From: Trichomonas gallinae
Lineage: Eukaryota
Assembly (NCBI GenBank): GCA_008369845.1
Contig: MRSU01011447.1
Location: 1 to 48,020 of the forward strand
DNA: 48,020 nucleotides
Direction: 5' to 3'
Made by a program: the position numbers and the translations under genes. The notes beneath the pieces are model-generated. The model did no database searches, was not told the DNA's origin, and was given only the letters and a program-made list of their open reading frames with translations. Shown here piece after piece: positions 30,867 through 42,300 of the stretch; the first letter of the stretch is position 1, and each line of letters begins with the position of its first letter.

Positions 30867-31190
30867 AACAAAAAATAAAAATGGATTTTTGTAATCCAAT
30901 TGAGAATTTAAAATTATTTCAGACTACAATTTGACATCAGATATATCTAGTATATATTCCTAAAGTATAGAATAAATCTAATGATAATTCACCTGAGATC
31001 ATTTCTAAATGAAAATCAATATTATTATTTTAAATTATGCATGATAATTCACTATGGTGAACTTCTCGTATAAATATTGATTGGAATCATAAAACAGAGA
31101 ATGAATAAATAAGGTTATTTTGGTGGTTAGATTTACATTTTATATCATGCGCCATAAAAATAAAATCGATAAAAATGTAGAGAAAAGATA

Positions 31191-33695
31191 ATGTTTTGGT
31201 TATTATATTTAGTAACATCTGTATCTGATAACTATGGATCGATATATTCAGATGATTACTCAAGATTAATCAAAGTATCAGAATCATTTTCTGGCGATTT
31301 TATTGTTGATTCTCGTGTTCAGTTCATCCTTGGAGAATCAGGAGAAGACAAAGAAAATAGCCCATTTTATCATTGCAAAGATAAACTTCGAAGCATCACA
31401 TTTTCACCAGGAAGTTTGATTACATACATTGCAAAATCATGTTTTCGATCATCAAGCATCATTACTGCCGATTTCAGTGAATGTTCATTACTTAAAGAAA
31501 TGAACAACGGCATTTTCTTTGATTGTCAAAAACTTTCAACACTTAAATTACCTCCAAATCTTGAAACAATTTCATATGGTGCATTTTACAGAACATATGC
31601 TTTAAAAAGAGTTGAATTGCCTGATTCTGTATTGGGTTTTGCTGGATGGCATGAATCTTATTCCAGAGTATTTGGAGAAAGCGGACTTGAAGAAATTGTC
31701 ATATCAGACTCTTCAAATCTGAAATATATTCTAAGCGATGTTTTCAGTGCAGCACACCTGAAATCATTTTATATCCCAAGAAATTGTACAAATATTGACC
31801 CATCAGCTTTTGCTTCTTGTCCTATTGAACAGTTTACAATTCATCCTTTAAACACTAAATTTAAAACTGATGGAACTAAACTTTTCACAGGCAATAATAA
31901 TAACACACTATTTTTTGTATCATATTTTTTGACAGGAACTATAACAATTCCTAGTTATGTTGAGTATCTTGCAGGTTCCGTTATGAGAGGATGTAAGTTC
32001 GATAATATAAATGCTCATGACAATGTTAAATCATTTAATCAATGGGCATTTGCTGGAAATTTGATAACATATTTCAAATTTCCACCATTAATAAATACAA
32101 TTCCAGGTAGTTGTTTCTATTCTTGTTCAGAACTTGTGACTGTTGAATTAACTGAGAACATAACAAAAATATTAAACTCAGCATTTTTTAATTGCTATAA
32201 ACTAAAAAACATTAATTTGCCTTCGAAGCTTGAGTTACTTGCAGTCAATTGTTTTGTAAATTGTGTAGTTCTTGAGGAACTTTCTCTCCCAGAAAATTTA
32301 ACAACACTTGAGGATGGATTCTTCAGCAATTGCCCAAAATTGAAAATAAAGTCACAGAATCCAAACATCATCATTTCTGGAAATCTTATGTTTATTGATT
32401 CAGGATCAACACTCTCAGGTTTCTTTGGGTCAGGGAAGGCAATGAATGTCACAATTCCAAGCAGCTGCACCAAGTTAGGCAAGAATGTTTTCATCCTGAA
32501 GAACCTTGACCAAGTTACATTCGAAGACAGTCCATACATGACAGTTGGTGCTAACGCTTTCGATGGCTCATCAGTCAAAAGTATCACATTCCCACGTGGC
32601 TTGACACAATTAGACAACTATGCAATGCGCAACTGCCAGTCACTGACGACAGTCAACTTCGATCCGAACTCTAATCTAAGCTCCATCCCAGACTACTGCT
32701 TCTTCAACGACAAGAAATTGAAGACCATCACACTCCCAATCTCAGTTCAGATTATCGGCCATTATGCATTCTCAGGATGCAGTTCTATCTCAGACATCGG
32801 CCTTTCAAACACTCAAATTTCGAGCATCAATTCTTATGCATTTTACCAGTCTTCATTGACTCTTGCAGTTCTTCCCAGCACGATCTCCTCCATCGGTATT
32901 CGCGCATTCCGCGAGAGTGATATCATTTCTTTTTCATGCTACTGCAACATTTCTCTTGAATGCTGCCACTCATGCAGCTGTCTCTCGTCTTTGACTCTGA
33001 GTGACAATGTTTTCATGATCGACGCAAATGCATTCGAGAACTGCATCAGTCTTGTTAGCTTCAAGCTCCCTCGCTCTGTTTCGCGCATCTCATCTGCCAC
33101 ATTCCGCGGCTGCTCGTCACTGAAATCGATTGACCTTCCGCTGAACTCTCTTTTGTCGAATGTTGATGCTGAGTGTTTCTTCGGTTGCATCAACCTCAAG
33201 AGCATCAATGTCGATTCAAATGACCGCAAACTTCGTTTTGAGAATGGCGCTCTTACCGACTATAACCAGACTAAACTTATTTCATTTCTTCCGTACAGCG
33301 AGATCCAGAACTTTGTCGTTCCAAGCGACACTGAATCCATTGGCCCATGTGCATTCATGGGTAGTGCATATCTCATGCGTGTTCTTTTCAATGGAATCAA
33401 GATCAAGTCCATTGGATACCGTGCATTCAAAGACTGTAAGCGCCTTAATCTCCTTTTCTTCTCATCAGACTCACTCTCTAATATTGGCAACGAAGCATTC
33501 GACGGATGTGTCAACCTTAATCGATGCGGCTCAATCCAGATTCCTTCGAGCAAGCAAAGCAAGTTCACCAATATAGGATTCAAGCCTATTGTTTTCTCAC
33601 AGCTCTGTTCAGACAGCTACTACGTTTCATGCAAAGAATCTCCATACATCAACATCAAGTACATTTCTCCTTTTATTGTTTTATTCATAATCTAA
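31191..33695 (+). CDS. BspA-like leucine-rich repeat (TpLRR) surface protein
   Basis: Repeated LxxIxLPxxLxxIxxxAFxxCxxL units, a short hydrophobic N-terminus (MFWLLYL) and a Cys plus hydrophobic C-terminus. Confidence 0.93.
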   Translation: MFWLLYLVTSVSDNYGSIYSDDYSRLIKVSESFSGDFIVDSRVQFILGESGEDKENSPFYHCKDKLRSITFSPGSLITYIAKSCFRSSSIITADFSECSLLKEMNNGIFFDCQKLSTLKLPPNLETISYGAFYRTYALKRVELPDSVLGFAGWHESYSRVFGESGLEEIVISDSSNLKYILSDVFSAAHLKSFYIPRNCTNIDPSAFASCPIEQFTIHPLNTKFKTDGTKLFTGNNNNTLFFVSYFLTGTITIPSYVEYLAGSVMRGCKFDNINAHDNVKSFNQWAFAGNLITYFKFPPLINTIPGSCFYSCSELVTVELTENITKILNSAFFNCYKLKNINLPSKLELLAVNCFVNCVVLEELSLPENLTTLEDGFFSNCPKLKIKSQNPNIIISGNLMFIDSGSTLSGFFGSGKAMNVTIPSSCTKLGKNVFILKNLDQVTFEDSPYMTVGANAFDGSSVKSITFPRGLTQLDNYAMRNCQSLTTVNFDPNSNLSSIPDYCFFNDKKLKTITLPISVQIIGHYAFSGCSSISDIGLSNTQISSINSYAFYQSSLTLAVLPSTISSIGIRAFRESDIISFSCYCNISLECCHSCSCLSSLTLSDNVFMIDANAFENCISLVSFKLPRSVSRISSATFRGCSSLKSIDLPLNSLLSNVDAECFFGCINLKSINVDSNDRKLRFENGALTDYNQTKLISFLPYSEIQNFVVPSDTESIGPCAFMGSAYLMRVLFNGIKIKSIGYRAFKDCKRLNLLFFSSDSLSNIGNEAFDGCVNLNRCGSIQIPSSKQSKFTNIGFKPIVFSQLCSDSYYVSCKESPYINIKYISPFIVLFII

Positions 33696-33918
33696 TAAAA
33701 ACTATGTTCAACTCATTTAAACTCGAGTTCCAATTGTTAACAATAGCATTCGTTTAAAAAGTGACCCTAAGTTATCGTCGAGCGTGAAAGCTGAATTGAG
33801 AAATCTGGGAAAGTATGGGAGCAAACTTTACAAAAACGGATGATGAACGCTATCAAATATTTATTTGACAAAATTTTTAGATCCAAAGTTTACGTGTCAA
33901 AAACCTGTCATTCTCTAA

Positions 33919-35865
33919 ATGCTTTCTATCTTTTTATGCTTTACATCATCAATTGTTACTCCTGGTAACGTTTCATCTGATGATTTCCCAAAGAAAATGG
34001 ACGAATTCTATAATCTAACTAAAGGAAAGACTGTCAGCGGTGCAGCTGTTGCCATCTCGAAAGATGGAGAAAAAATTTTCGAGCAAAGCATTGGATTTGA
34101 CAATCTTAAAACAAACCATTCAGCATCAAACGAAACCCTCTATGAATGGGGATCAATTACAAAAGTATTTACTCACGTCGCTATGTTTCAATTGTATGAA
34201 ACCGGCAAAGTCAATTTAACAGAGGACATCGAAGTTTACTTAGGTAGCAAGTTCTTCTCACATAGAAAATACCCTGATAAAATTACAATTTTGAATCTCA
34301 TGAATCACGATGCAGGCTGGGATGTAAATATTGAAGCACCAATAATACCAGGCAATAATAAGAGAGTTGACTTAGAGAAAACAGTAATAGAGAGCGAACC
34401 GAGAATATATTCCAGACCAGGCGAAAGAATTAGCTATTCAAACTATGGTGTCACTGTAGAAGGCTTAATTATCGAAAAAGTCAGTGGGCATAGCTATATT
34501 GACTATATTAAAACAAACATTTTAGATAAGTTAGGAATGAATAGAACATCAATCGATCCTGGAAGAAAAGACATCAGCCAAAGCTTGCTTGATAAGAAGG
34601 CTGTTGGTTATGAACCATTTGAAGGCAAACTCCGTGAAGTTGCAAATTATTCAGGATTATTATATCCAGCTGGTTCGCTTTTAGGACCAATTGGCGATCT
34701 TGCAATCTTCGCAAACGCTTTAACACCAGTTAAAGGCAAAAAGTGCCCATTATTCGAAAAAGATGAAACGTTAAATGAATTTTTCACAGTTTCTCGTAAA
34801 ACATCAGATGGAGCTCCAGGAATTGCTCATGGTCTCTGGCAGGAATACTACACAAACAGAATCGTCGCATACGAGCATCCAGGAAGTACAGCTGGAATGA
34901 CAGCGAGGTTATCTATCATACCAGAGCTCGGCTGGAATTTTGTCGCCGTTGCAAACTCACTCGGAGAATCATCCTTCTGCGAAACATTCCTTCGCGAGAT
35001 CTGGGGCCTTTACTCACCATTGAACGAGACAAAGATTTCAAAAGATATTGTAGGAACATATCAGAGCAACAGAATCGTTCACAAAGGATACCTGAGCCAT
35101 ATCCACCTTCTTCAGACATCAGTAGTCACATTAGATGAAGAGAACAACCAGCTCCTTTTCGATGGAGTAGCATTCAATAGATCCGAAGCCAATCTTTATT
35201 CTAATGCAAATTCGATTCTCGCATTCCCACCATATAGATTATACCACCTCAACTTCCTTTACAACAACAAAGGTGAAGTTGATGGATTGTATACATACTG
35301 CATGGGATTCAGGAAAATGAAGGAAGGAGAAAATTACAGACTCGAATTATTCATGAAAATCATTGATATCTGCCCATTCCTTGCTATTTCTCCAGTCGTA
35401 TTATTAATAATTGCCTGTGCTATCCTCAACAAGAGACTATTAAAGTCCAGGCACTTGAAGCACATGGTATTCATTATTATCTTGTGTGTCAGCTGCATCG
35501 CTGAGTCACTTGTTATGCGCTCAACAAGAGAAATCAAGTCTTATGTAAATCTCAGGCGTGAATTGCAACTTTATGTTATCATCCTAGACTGCGTTATCGG
35601 CATTCGTGTTTCCCTTATTTTGCTTATCCTCATCATGGCTATCATCGACTGCATCAAGCAGAAGAAGAGAGATGATGCCGAAAGCATGGTTTTGTTCGAA
35701 CCATTCAACCAAAACGCTGATGAATCTAATTCTAGCAAGTTCAGCAGAATTAATGTTCGTAACTTATGTACAAACATTTTCGTTTACTGTGCAATTATCC
35801 TTTCATTCGCTATCTGTGCTCTTCTCGTCTGCAGTGGTGTTATTGTAGACATCTATCGATTGTAA
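33919..35865 (+). CDS. Serine hydrolase of the beta-lactamase class C / peptidase S12 family, membrane-anchored
   Basis: SxxK (WGSITK), ITILNLMNHDAG, YxN (YSNYG), LGMNRT, PAGSL and HPG. Short N-terminal signal-like peptide and about 4 C-terminal hydrophobic helices. Confidence 0.9.
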   Translation: MLSIFLCFTSSIVTPGNVSSDDFPKKMDEFYNLTKGKTVSGAAVAISKDGEKIFEQSIGFDNLKTNHSASNETLYEWGSITKVFTHVAMFQLYETGKVNLTEDIEVYLGSKFFSHRKYPDKITILNLMNHDAGWDVNIEAPIIPGNNKRVDLEKTVIESEPRIYSRPGERISYSNYGVTVEGLIIEKVSGHSYIDYIKTNILDKLGMNRTSIDPGRKDISQSLLDKKAVGYEPFEGKLREVANYSGLLYPAGSLLGPIGDLAIFANALTPVKGKKCPLFEKDETLNEFFTVSRKTSDGAPGIAHGLWQEYYTNRIVAYEHPGSTAGMTARLSIIPELGWNFVAVANSLGESSFCETFLREIWGLYSPLNETKISKDIVGTYQSNRIVHKGYLSHIHLLQTSVVTLDEENNQLLFDGVAFNRSEANLYSNANSILAFPPYRLYHLNFLYNNKGEVDGLYTYCMGFRKMKEGENYRLELFMKIIDICPFLAISPVVLLIIACAILNKRLLKSRHLKHMVFIIILCVSCIAESLVMRSTREIKSYVNLRRELQLYVIILDCVIGIRVSLILLILIMAIIDCIKQKKRDDAESMVLFEPFNQNADESNSSKFSRINVRNLCTNIFVYCAIILSFAICALLVCSGVIVDIYRL

Positions 35866-36387
35866 GCAAGTAAAGTACTATTTATATGCATTCACATAAA
35901 TACTGCATTATTTTTATCAATAAATATCAATTAATAATCGGCGGAAAAACCTGTCAACTTTGTCAAAAAGTCAATATTAGAAGCTATAACTTTGCATACA
36001 ATATGTATACTAGGGGATGTATTATATATTCGAAAATGAAAGCAATATTACATTTAAATTCGAGAATAATTCGAATTTTTCTCATGATTCTTTGTAAACC
36101 ATTATTTATATTATATATAATATTTATTCTAATAATAACTAATATTTACAGTGTTTAAACAAGTCAACATTACATACATAGTTCAAAAATGTTGAAATTC
36201 TTTCCATTGGAATTCCTTCTGTATTAAAGCTATATATACAACATGTTCATAAGTATCTAATCCCATAGTTAATGAACATATATAATTTTGTGAATTTTTG
36301 ACATATGTTAGAAATTTGGTGTCAAAAAAATATTGGGGCCTCCCCCTTTGTTTTTGAAAGTATAGAAAATATGATCGGCAGGTAAAT

Positions 36388-38784
36388 ATGGAGGGAGATG
36401 TTTATAGTATTAATGATATATTGAATGATATCGATGCTGGCTCTGCAGCAGGGACTCTTACGAACATAGAGACTGAAATGGAGCACCAAGAATCTCCTGC
36501 TGCAATGTCTACTCTTTGGCTAGAAAAAGCAATTGTGTATCTTTCAATTGAACTCGTCAGAGAAGCGATTAAATGCTGTAAACGATCCCTCGAACTCGAT
36601 GAGAACAATTTACTCGGTTATTTCGTGCTTGGTGTCTGTTATCTTTGGCGCGGAAACGAAAACACAGCGATGACCACATGGAAAACAGGCCTCACCAAGT
36701 CAGGTGTCATCTTATCACACATAGTAATTTCAGAAATAGTTCAAAATTGCACAGTACGAGAATATGTAAATTCACTTAAATTTAATGTTAAAGCTTTATT
36801 CGAATTTCACGATTACTTCAATCTAGACGCTATAAATACACCTTATGGATTCGATTTAGTTCTAAAATTCATTAAATCTCGAAATTATCAAATGGCTATT
36901 ACTTATTTAAACATAATTTTAAACTCAAATCCATCAAATTATGATGCCATAAAATACAGAGGAATTGCCTATTGTCTTTCAAAACAATATATTCAAGCTA
37001 TCAAAGATTTATCATCCGCATTATCAATGAAAGAAACAGATGAACTTTTAAGATACAGAGCAAACGCATATGCAATGACTAAAAACTATTTTCTCGCCAT
37101 TCAAGACTTAACTTACGTTTTACAATATAATCCAACAGATTATGAATCATTGGCAACGCGTGGAACTCTTCAAATGTGGAGAGGATACTTCACGGCAGCA
37201 ATGAGAGATTTTGAATCAATTCCTGAACAATGTTACACATCTTTTATTTATCTCGCTTATTCAGAAGCTTTATATGCTATTGGTGATTTATCATTAGCCG
37301 AGAATATTTTATTACGCGTTGAGCCAACGAATAACAAAAGAGCATTTTTAGAATATTTAATTTGTCAATCTCGAGGAGATCTTACAGGGGCTTTAAATGC
37401 TATGCTACAGATAACAGTGTCAACACAAAATGCGAGAATACTTCAAATAGCTGCGAAATTATTTTTTGATAATGGTGATTTGAAAAGTGCAATTGGAGCA
37501 TATCGTGTTGCTCTTAAATTTACAACAAATCCAATAGAATATGTTTTAGGGCAAGCAGTTTGCTACTTCTGCATGATGGATTTTGAAAAAGCTTTAGAAA
37601 CATGTAATCACTTTGCAAATCTTTGTTCGGATCCTCTACTTGAGCCGGATTTTTGTCATGATGATTTATCACCACTTGATACACCTTTGATCAGATTTTT
37701 ATCAAGAAATGACCCGCAAAAAATAACAGAATATATTTCGCGAACTATTGACAGATTAAAATCAGTTATATATCATATTAACGACTCCTTGGAATCTATC
37801 AGTCCAACCCCTCCATTCAGATCTCCAAACACTCTCCCAGAACAGATTAAATTCGAATCAAAACGACTTGAAATTCTTAAAAACATTGCAGCAGAAGCAG
37901 ACAAAATTGGGCAAAATATTTTAGTGAAAACATACGACAGATTTCCAGCTAAAAGGTTAATAAGAGCATTGGGACTATCAGCTTTGAGTCTTGCTGCTGC
38001 TATTAGAAGAGAAATGACTGCATCATCCAAATGTTCATGGAAAGATCCATTTGACACTGTTCTGACAATTTTAAATCTCGCTGATCCATTTGTTCTGCCA
38101 ACGTGGTGTGATTGCCTTGTTATTTCCGGCCAGCCATTCAATGCTCCAAAATATGAGGTACATAAAGGTGAATGGACGAATCCACGATTCTGTCATTATT
38201 ACAATGATGTTATTAAAAAGTTCAAAACTGTTCATGGATTTGAGATAAATAATTCGAGTGATATAATCAACGGTTTTGATCAGCCTGAATATATTATTGA
38301 AGGATCAATACCTGAGCACGAGAATATTCCAAGGCCATCAATATATTTCATTCCAAAAGTATTTGGCTTTGATATTTATTTGACGCCAAAAAGTGATACA
38401 CAGTCAGCTTGGCAAACTGCCGTAATTTTTGACGAGAACTGGAAGAAGTTAATATCAGGTGATAATCCATATTCAGCGATCTCAAAGATGATCATGATGA
38501 TATGGCTTACGAATCAGTTTACTTTTTATCAGAATGAAATCGGTCATGTTTTCTTGCACGCATATTCTATTGCTACATCATCCAGTTACCTAGATCCATT
38601 CATTGGCTCTCACAGAGATGCTTTTGCTCATCAACTTTTTGAACCTAGCTATCAGGACTTAATACAAGACGTCACAAAAGCTCTGGAAGCAGGCAAAGTT
38701 GAACCTAGAGTTCCATCAAACGCAATAAGTTTCTTCGATGTCGAATGTTCAGTTGGTGATTTACTCACTATCCTTAATTTATAA
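36388..38784 (+). CDS. TPR protein, TTC13/SRFR1-like
   Basis: N-terminal TPRs (YRGIAYCLSKQYIQAIKDLSSAL). C-terminal RLIRALGLSALSLA...WKDPF...LADPFVLPTW resembles the TTC13/SRFR1 conserved region. Confidence 0.7.
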   Translation: MEGDVYSINDILNDIDAGSAAGTLTNIETEMEHQESPAAMSTLWLEKAIVYLSIELVREAIKCCKRSLELDENNLLGYFVLGVCYLWRGNENTAMTTWKTGLTKSGVILSHIVISEIVQNCTVREYVNSLKFNVKALFEFHDYFNLDAINTPYGFDLVLKFIKSRNYQMAITYLNIILNSNPSNYDAIKYRGIAYCLSKQYIQAIKDLSSALSMKETDELLRYRANAYAMTKNYFLAIQDLTYVLQYNPTDYESLATRGTLQMWRGYFTAAMRDFESIPEQCYTSFIYLAYSEALYAIGDLSLAENILLRVEPTNNKRAFLEYLICQSRGDLTGALNAMLQITVSTQNARILQIAAKLFFDNGDLKSAIGAYRVALKFTTNPIEYVLGQAVCYFCMMDFEKALETCNHFANLCSDPLLEPDFCHDDLSPLDTPLIRFLSRNDPQKITEYISRTIDRLKSVIYHINDSLESISPTPPFRSPNTLPEQIKFESKRLEILKNIAAEADKIGQNILVKTYDRFPAKRLIRALGLSALSLAAAIRREMTASSKCSWKDPFDTVLTILNLADPFVLPTWCDCLVISGQPFNAPKYEVHKGEWTNPRFCHYYNDVIKKFKTVHGFEINNSSDIINGFDQPEYIIEGSIPEHENIPRPSIYFIPKVFGFDIYLTPKSDTQSAWQTAVIFDENWKKLISGDNPYSAISKMIMMIWLTNQFTFYQNEIGHVFLHAYSIATSSSYLDPFIGSHRDAFAHQLFEPSYQDLIQDVTKALEAGKVEPRVPSNAISFFDVECSVGDLLTILNL

Positions 38785-39372
38785 TATTTGTTGTTTATAA
38801 ATATATTATTTTCGTATATTTATTCTTATCACCAACTCTTATCACTTATTTTTACTATTATTATTCGGTTATAAATGTAGTGGTGACTTGTTTGCACGGT
38901 TATTGATAGCAACATCAGATTCATTAAGTACTCAATAGAGAAAATAATAAAAAATGATATTTAGAATTTTTGGCATTACATGTCAAATTTAAACTTTACT
39001 TGACAAATTTCTAAATTTCTTGCGTTACATGTCAAGTTATCATGATATTATAATTCTAAAATGAATTTGCACCATATTGAGAATATAGGTATATATGTCC
39101 ATAGTGATAGATTTTCTAAAGATGCAACAGATTTTCTCACCACCAATTTTTTAAAAAACTCAACTATAATATTTTGACAATTTACAAAACACCTTATTGT
39201 CAGTTTTAACCACATCATAAAATTGAGATGAGTGATGAAAATAAGGATATCTATAAATTTTATGATGGCATTTTTAATAAATTTAGTCCAAAATGTTAAC
39301 CTCAAATTTTACATCAAAGGGTTTAACAAGATAAATTAGGGGATGCCCGTGAAAAAATCAAATTTTTTTTAG

Positions 39373-42300
39373 ATGAAGTCATCATCAATAAGAAACTTAG
39401 ATGACTTCAATCCTATCATTAATGTTCTCATGGAGAATGATCTGACGATCAAACCATCGGCGGATATTTCACCAGAGATACACGAAATCATTCAAAAATT
39501 TGCAGAATCACTTTTAGATGAGTCGAATATTGAAGAAATCATTAAAAAGATCAAAAATGGTGTAAAAATAGACGAGTTAAAGAAAGAGTATCAGTTCGCT
39601 CCGCCTTTAAATTATCAAGAACTCGAAAAAATCATTAATTATGTACCACCTGATAATAGAACACTTCTTTACGTCGCATACAATAAAATGAAATCTGCTG
39701 CAATGTGGATTTTCGCTGATGATTCTTATCATACTGAATTATATTTCAATATCTTACTTAAATCAATTGCTGACATTGATCAAATCATTTATAGGTATCT
39801 TGCAACTGATTTATTTGTGTTTTATTGCGCTCACATCTTTCATTTACTCGAAGATAATTTAACATCAGAAACAAAAGATTTAATTGCTTTGTTCGTCGAT
39901 GAAAGAAGAACAAGAATAGCCAAGCTATGTTCTGAATCATACTTATCATATTACGACGGATTTATTAAATTTATTTTCAAAAACATTGAGATTACACAGC
40001 TTTATCCATTTATTCAGACATTTATTGATTTGTACGATGAAAAAACATCAGTTCATGTTAATTTGCACGCAATTTCAGCTCATTTCAAATATTTCTTGTC
40101 AAAATTCAACAAAAGCTTGGAATCACAGAAATTTTGTCTTTGCATCCTAGAGTTCTATGAAGTTTACGGTAAATATTCAGAGCTTACCCGTGAAGATTCC
40201 AATTTAATTTATCAAATTATTACTAAATCAGTAAATATTAATGATCCAGGCTATCACATATTCGAATCTTTGACAAATATAATCATTGGTGAACCAGGAA
40301 GAACAAGCATCAAGAATGCGAACATTGTTTTTAATTTCTTGAAAATTTTCATGCATTCTGAGCAATGTTCTGAAGCATTTTCGTATATCATCAACTTATG
40401 CGACACAAACATAAGCAATGTCTTTATTTTAGGCAAGTATGAAATAGATTACGATTTGGTCAATTTAATTTCTGAAAATGAAGATGATCAACGCATGATT
40501 CCAGTTATTGGTCTATCATTGCAGCTTGTTTCGAATATTGCTCAGTTTTCTTCCACTCCAAAAGTTGTTTCGAAATTATTATCTTTGCTGAAGCCAATGA
40601 ATGGAGTTTTATCAACTCTTCATGCCACTTATGTCGTAACACTCTTTAATCTCGTCACATTAAGCATGAAATCGCCTCCTTCAGTTTTACCAATTGGCGA
40701 AGGAAAACCAACGATTTTCGTCGAAGAAATCGACACCAATGCAATATATGATCACATATATTTTGGTTTCTGGCTCTATGTCCTCAAAAACACGAAAAAT
40801 CTCACTTCACCTTTAATTAAAATCTACGACAACAAAGATAAGTCATATATATTCAACTTAGTCGACAACCAAATCGAATTACGCGTACCAGAGAACCAAG
40901 AACGCTTTTTGTTCTCAGATAAAATACCATATGACAGATGGTCTTTTATTTTAGTCGGTTTTACACGCGATACTTCCATTTTAGATGTAGTTTTATACAT
41001 TGACGACGTCAAATCTCAAGAAACCGCAACAATCGAAAATTTGAGATTAGGCAGATCATCACAAGTCATGCTTCAAATCGGCTCAAACCAGACAGGAAGA
41101 AGCTACATGGGTCCAATCGGCATGTTCAATAGAATAGAAGACGCTTTGGCGATGTACACAATCGGCCCGAGATTATTCGATCGCGACGCAATTTTGTATG
41201 TTACTCCACAAGTTATTGAAGGTGAACTGAACATTTTACAAAGATCGAATTGTAACATTTCCGCTGAATTAAAAGGCGAACATTATCCAGTTCCAACGAC
41301 ATTCTTTGATATTTTAACGAGAAACTTTATGATGGAGAACTTAATTCCATTATTCAGGACTTTAGACATGAAATTAGTCAACGGCGACACTGTTCCACCT
41401 TTTTGCGGTGCTGTCGTTGACATTATTATTGACTCTCTTTCTTCATCGAAATTCACCGAGGAAGAGTTCATTACTCATCACGGCTTTGAAGTCATCGGAC
41501 ATTGTCTGGCAATCTCAGAACAAAGAAATCTCACATATCATCAGTTCCAGAAATTCTATTTCGTTTTTATCACTTCTAAAAATGATAGATTGAGGAGAGT
41601 CATTTTGAAGAACATTTTGCTTAACCCAGACATATGGGTTCACGCATCAGACGATGACCAGAAGTTAATCGCGAAAGACTGGGGAATTAATTTGTACGAG
41701 AAAAATTATCAAATCTGCAGAGAAATTTGCGATTTTGACACTTTGCTTATGTATCTACGCGTTTATTATTGGTACGAACCAGTTGAGCAGGACGTTGCTC
41801 TTTGCACATCATTATCGAAATATCCAAGAACACCAGACATGTCAGTCAAAGACATCAGAGATGAAATTATTTACATTTTGACAATGTTGGCCAAAAAACA
41901 TTTCACAGAAGAAAACTTGAAATCAATTTTGGCACACGCAGTCGGCTGCAAAGATCCTCAGCAGACCATTGATTTATTGTTTTTGATCAAAGTCTTGATT
42001 GTCTCCGAAGAGCAGCCATTTAACAAAGTCGAAAGTGCTTGGTCTTATTTCAACGTTTTGCATCATTTGGTTAATAACGATAATGAAGAATTAAGTTTCG
42101 CAGGAATTGAAACAATCGCTGCTTTGCATTTATTGGAGCATTTCTCGACAATTCCTGTCAAATATCACGTTGGTGTTTTGATTGAAGAGTTGCCTTTGTC
42201 AAGTTTGTCGATTGAATATTTCGCAAAATTAATTCCTTTGATCAACAAATATCCCGATTTCTATCCATTATGCTTCTACTACGTTTTGCACGAAGGAGAG

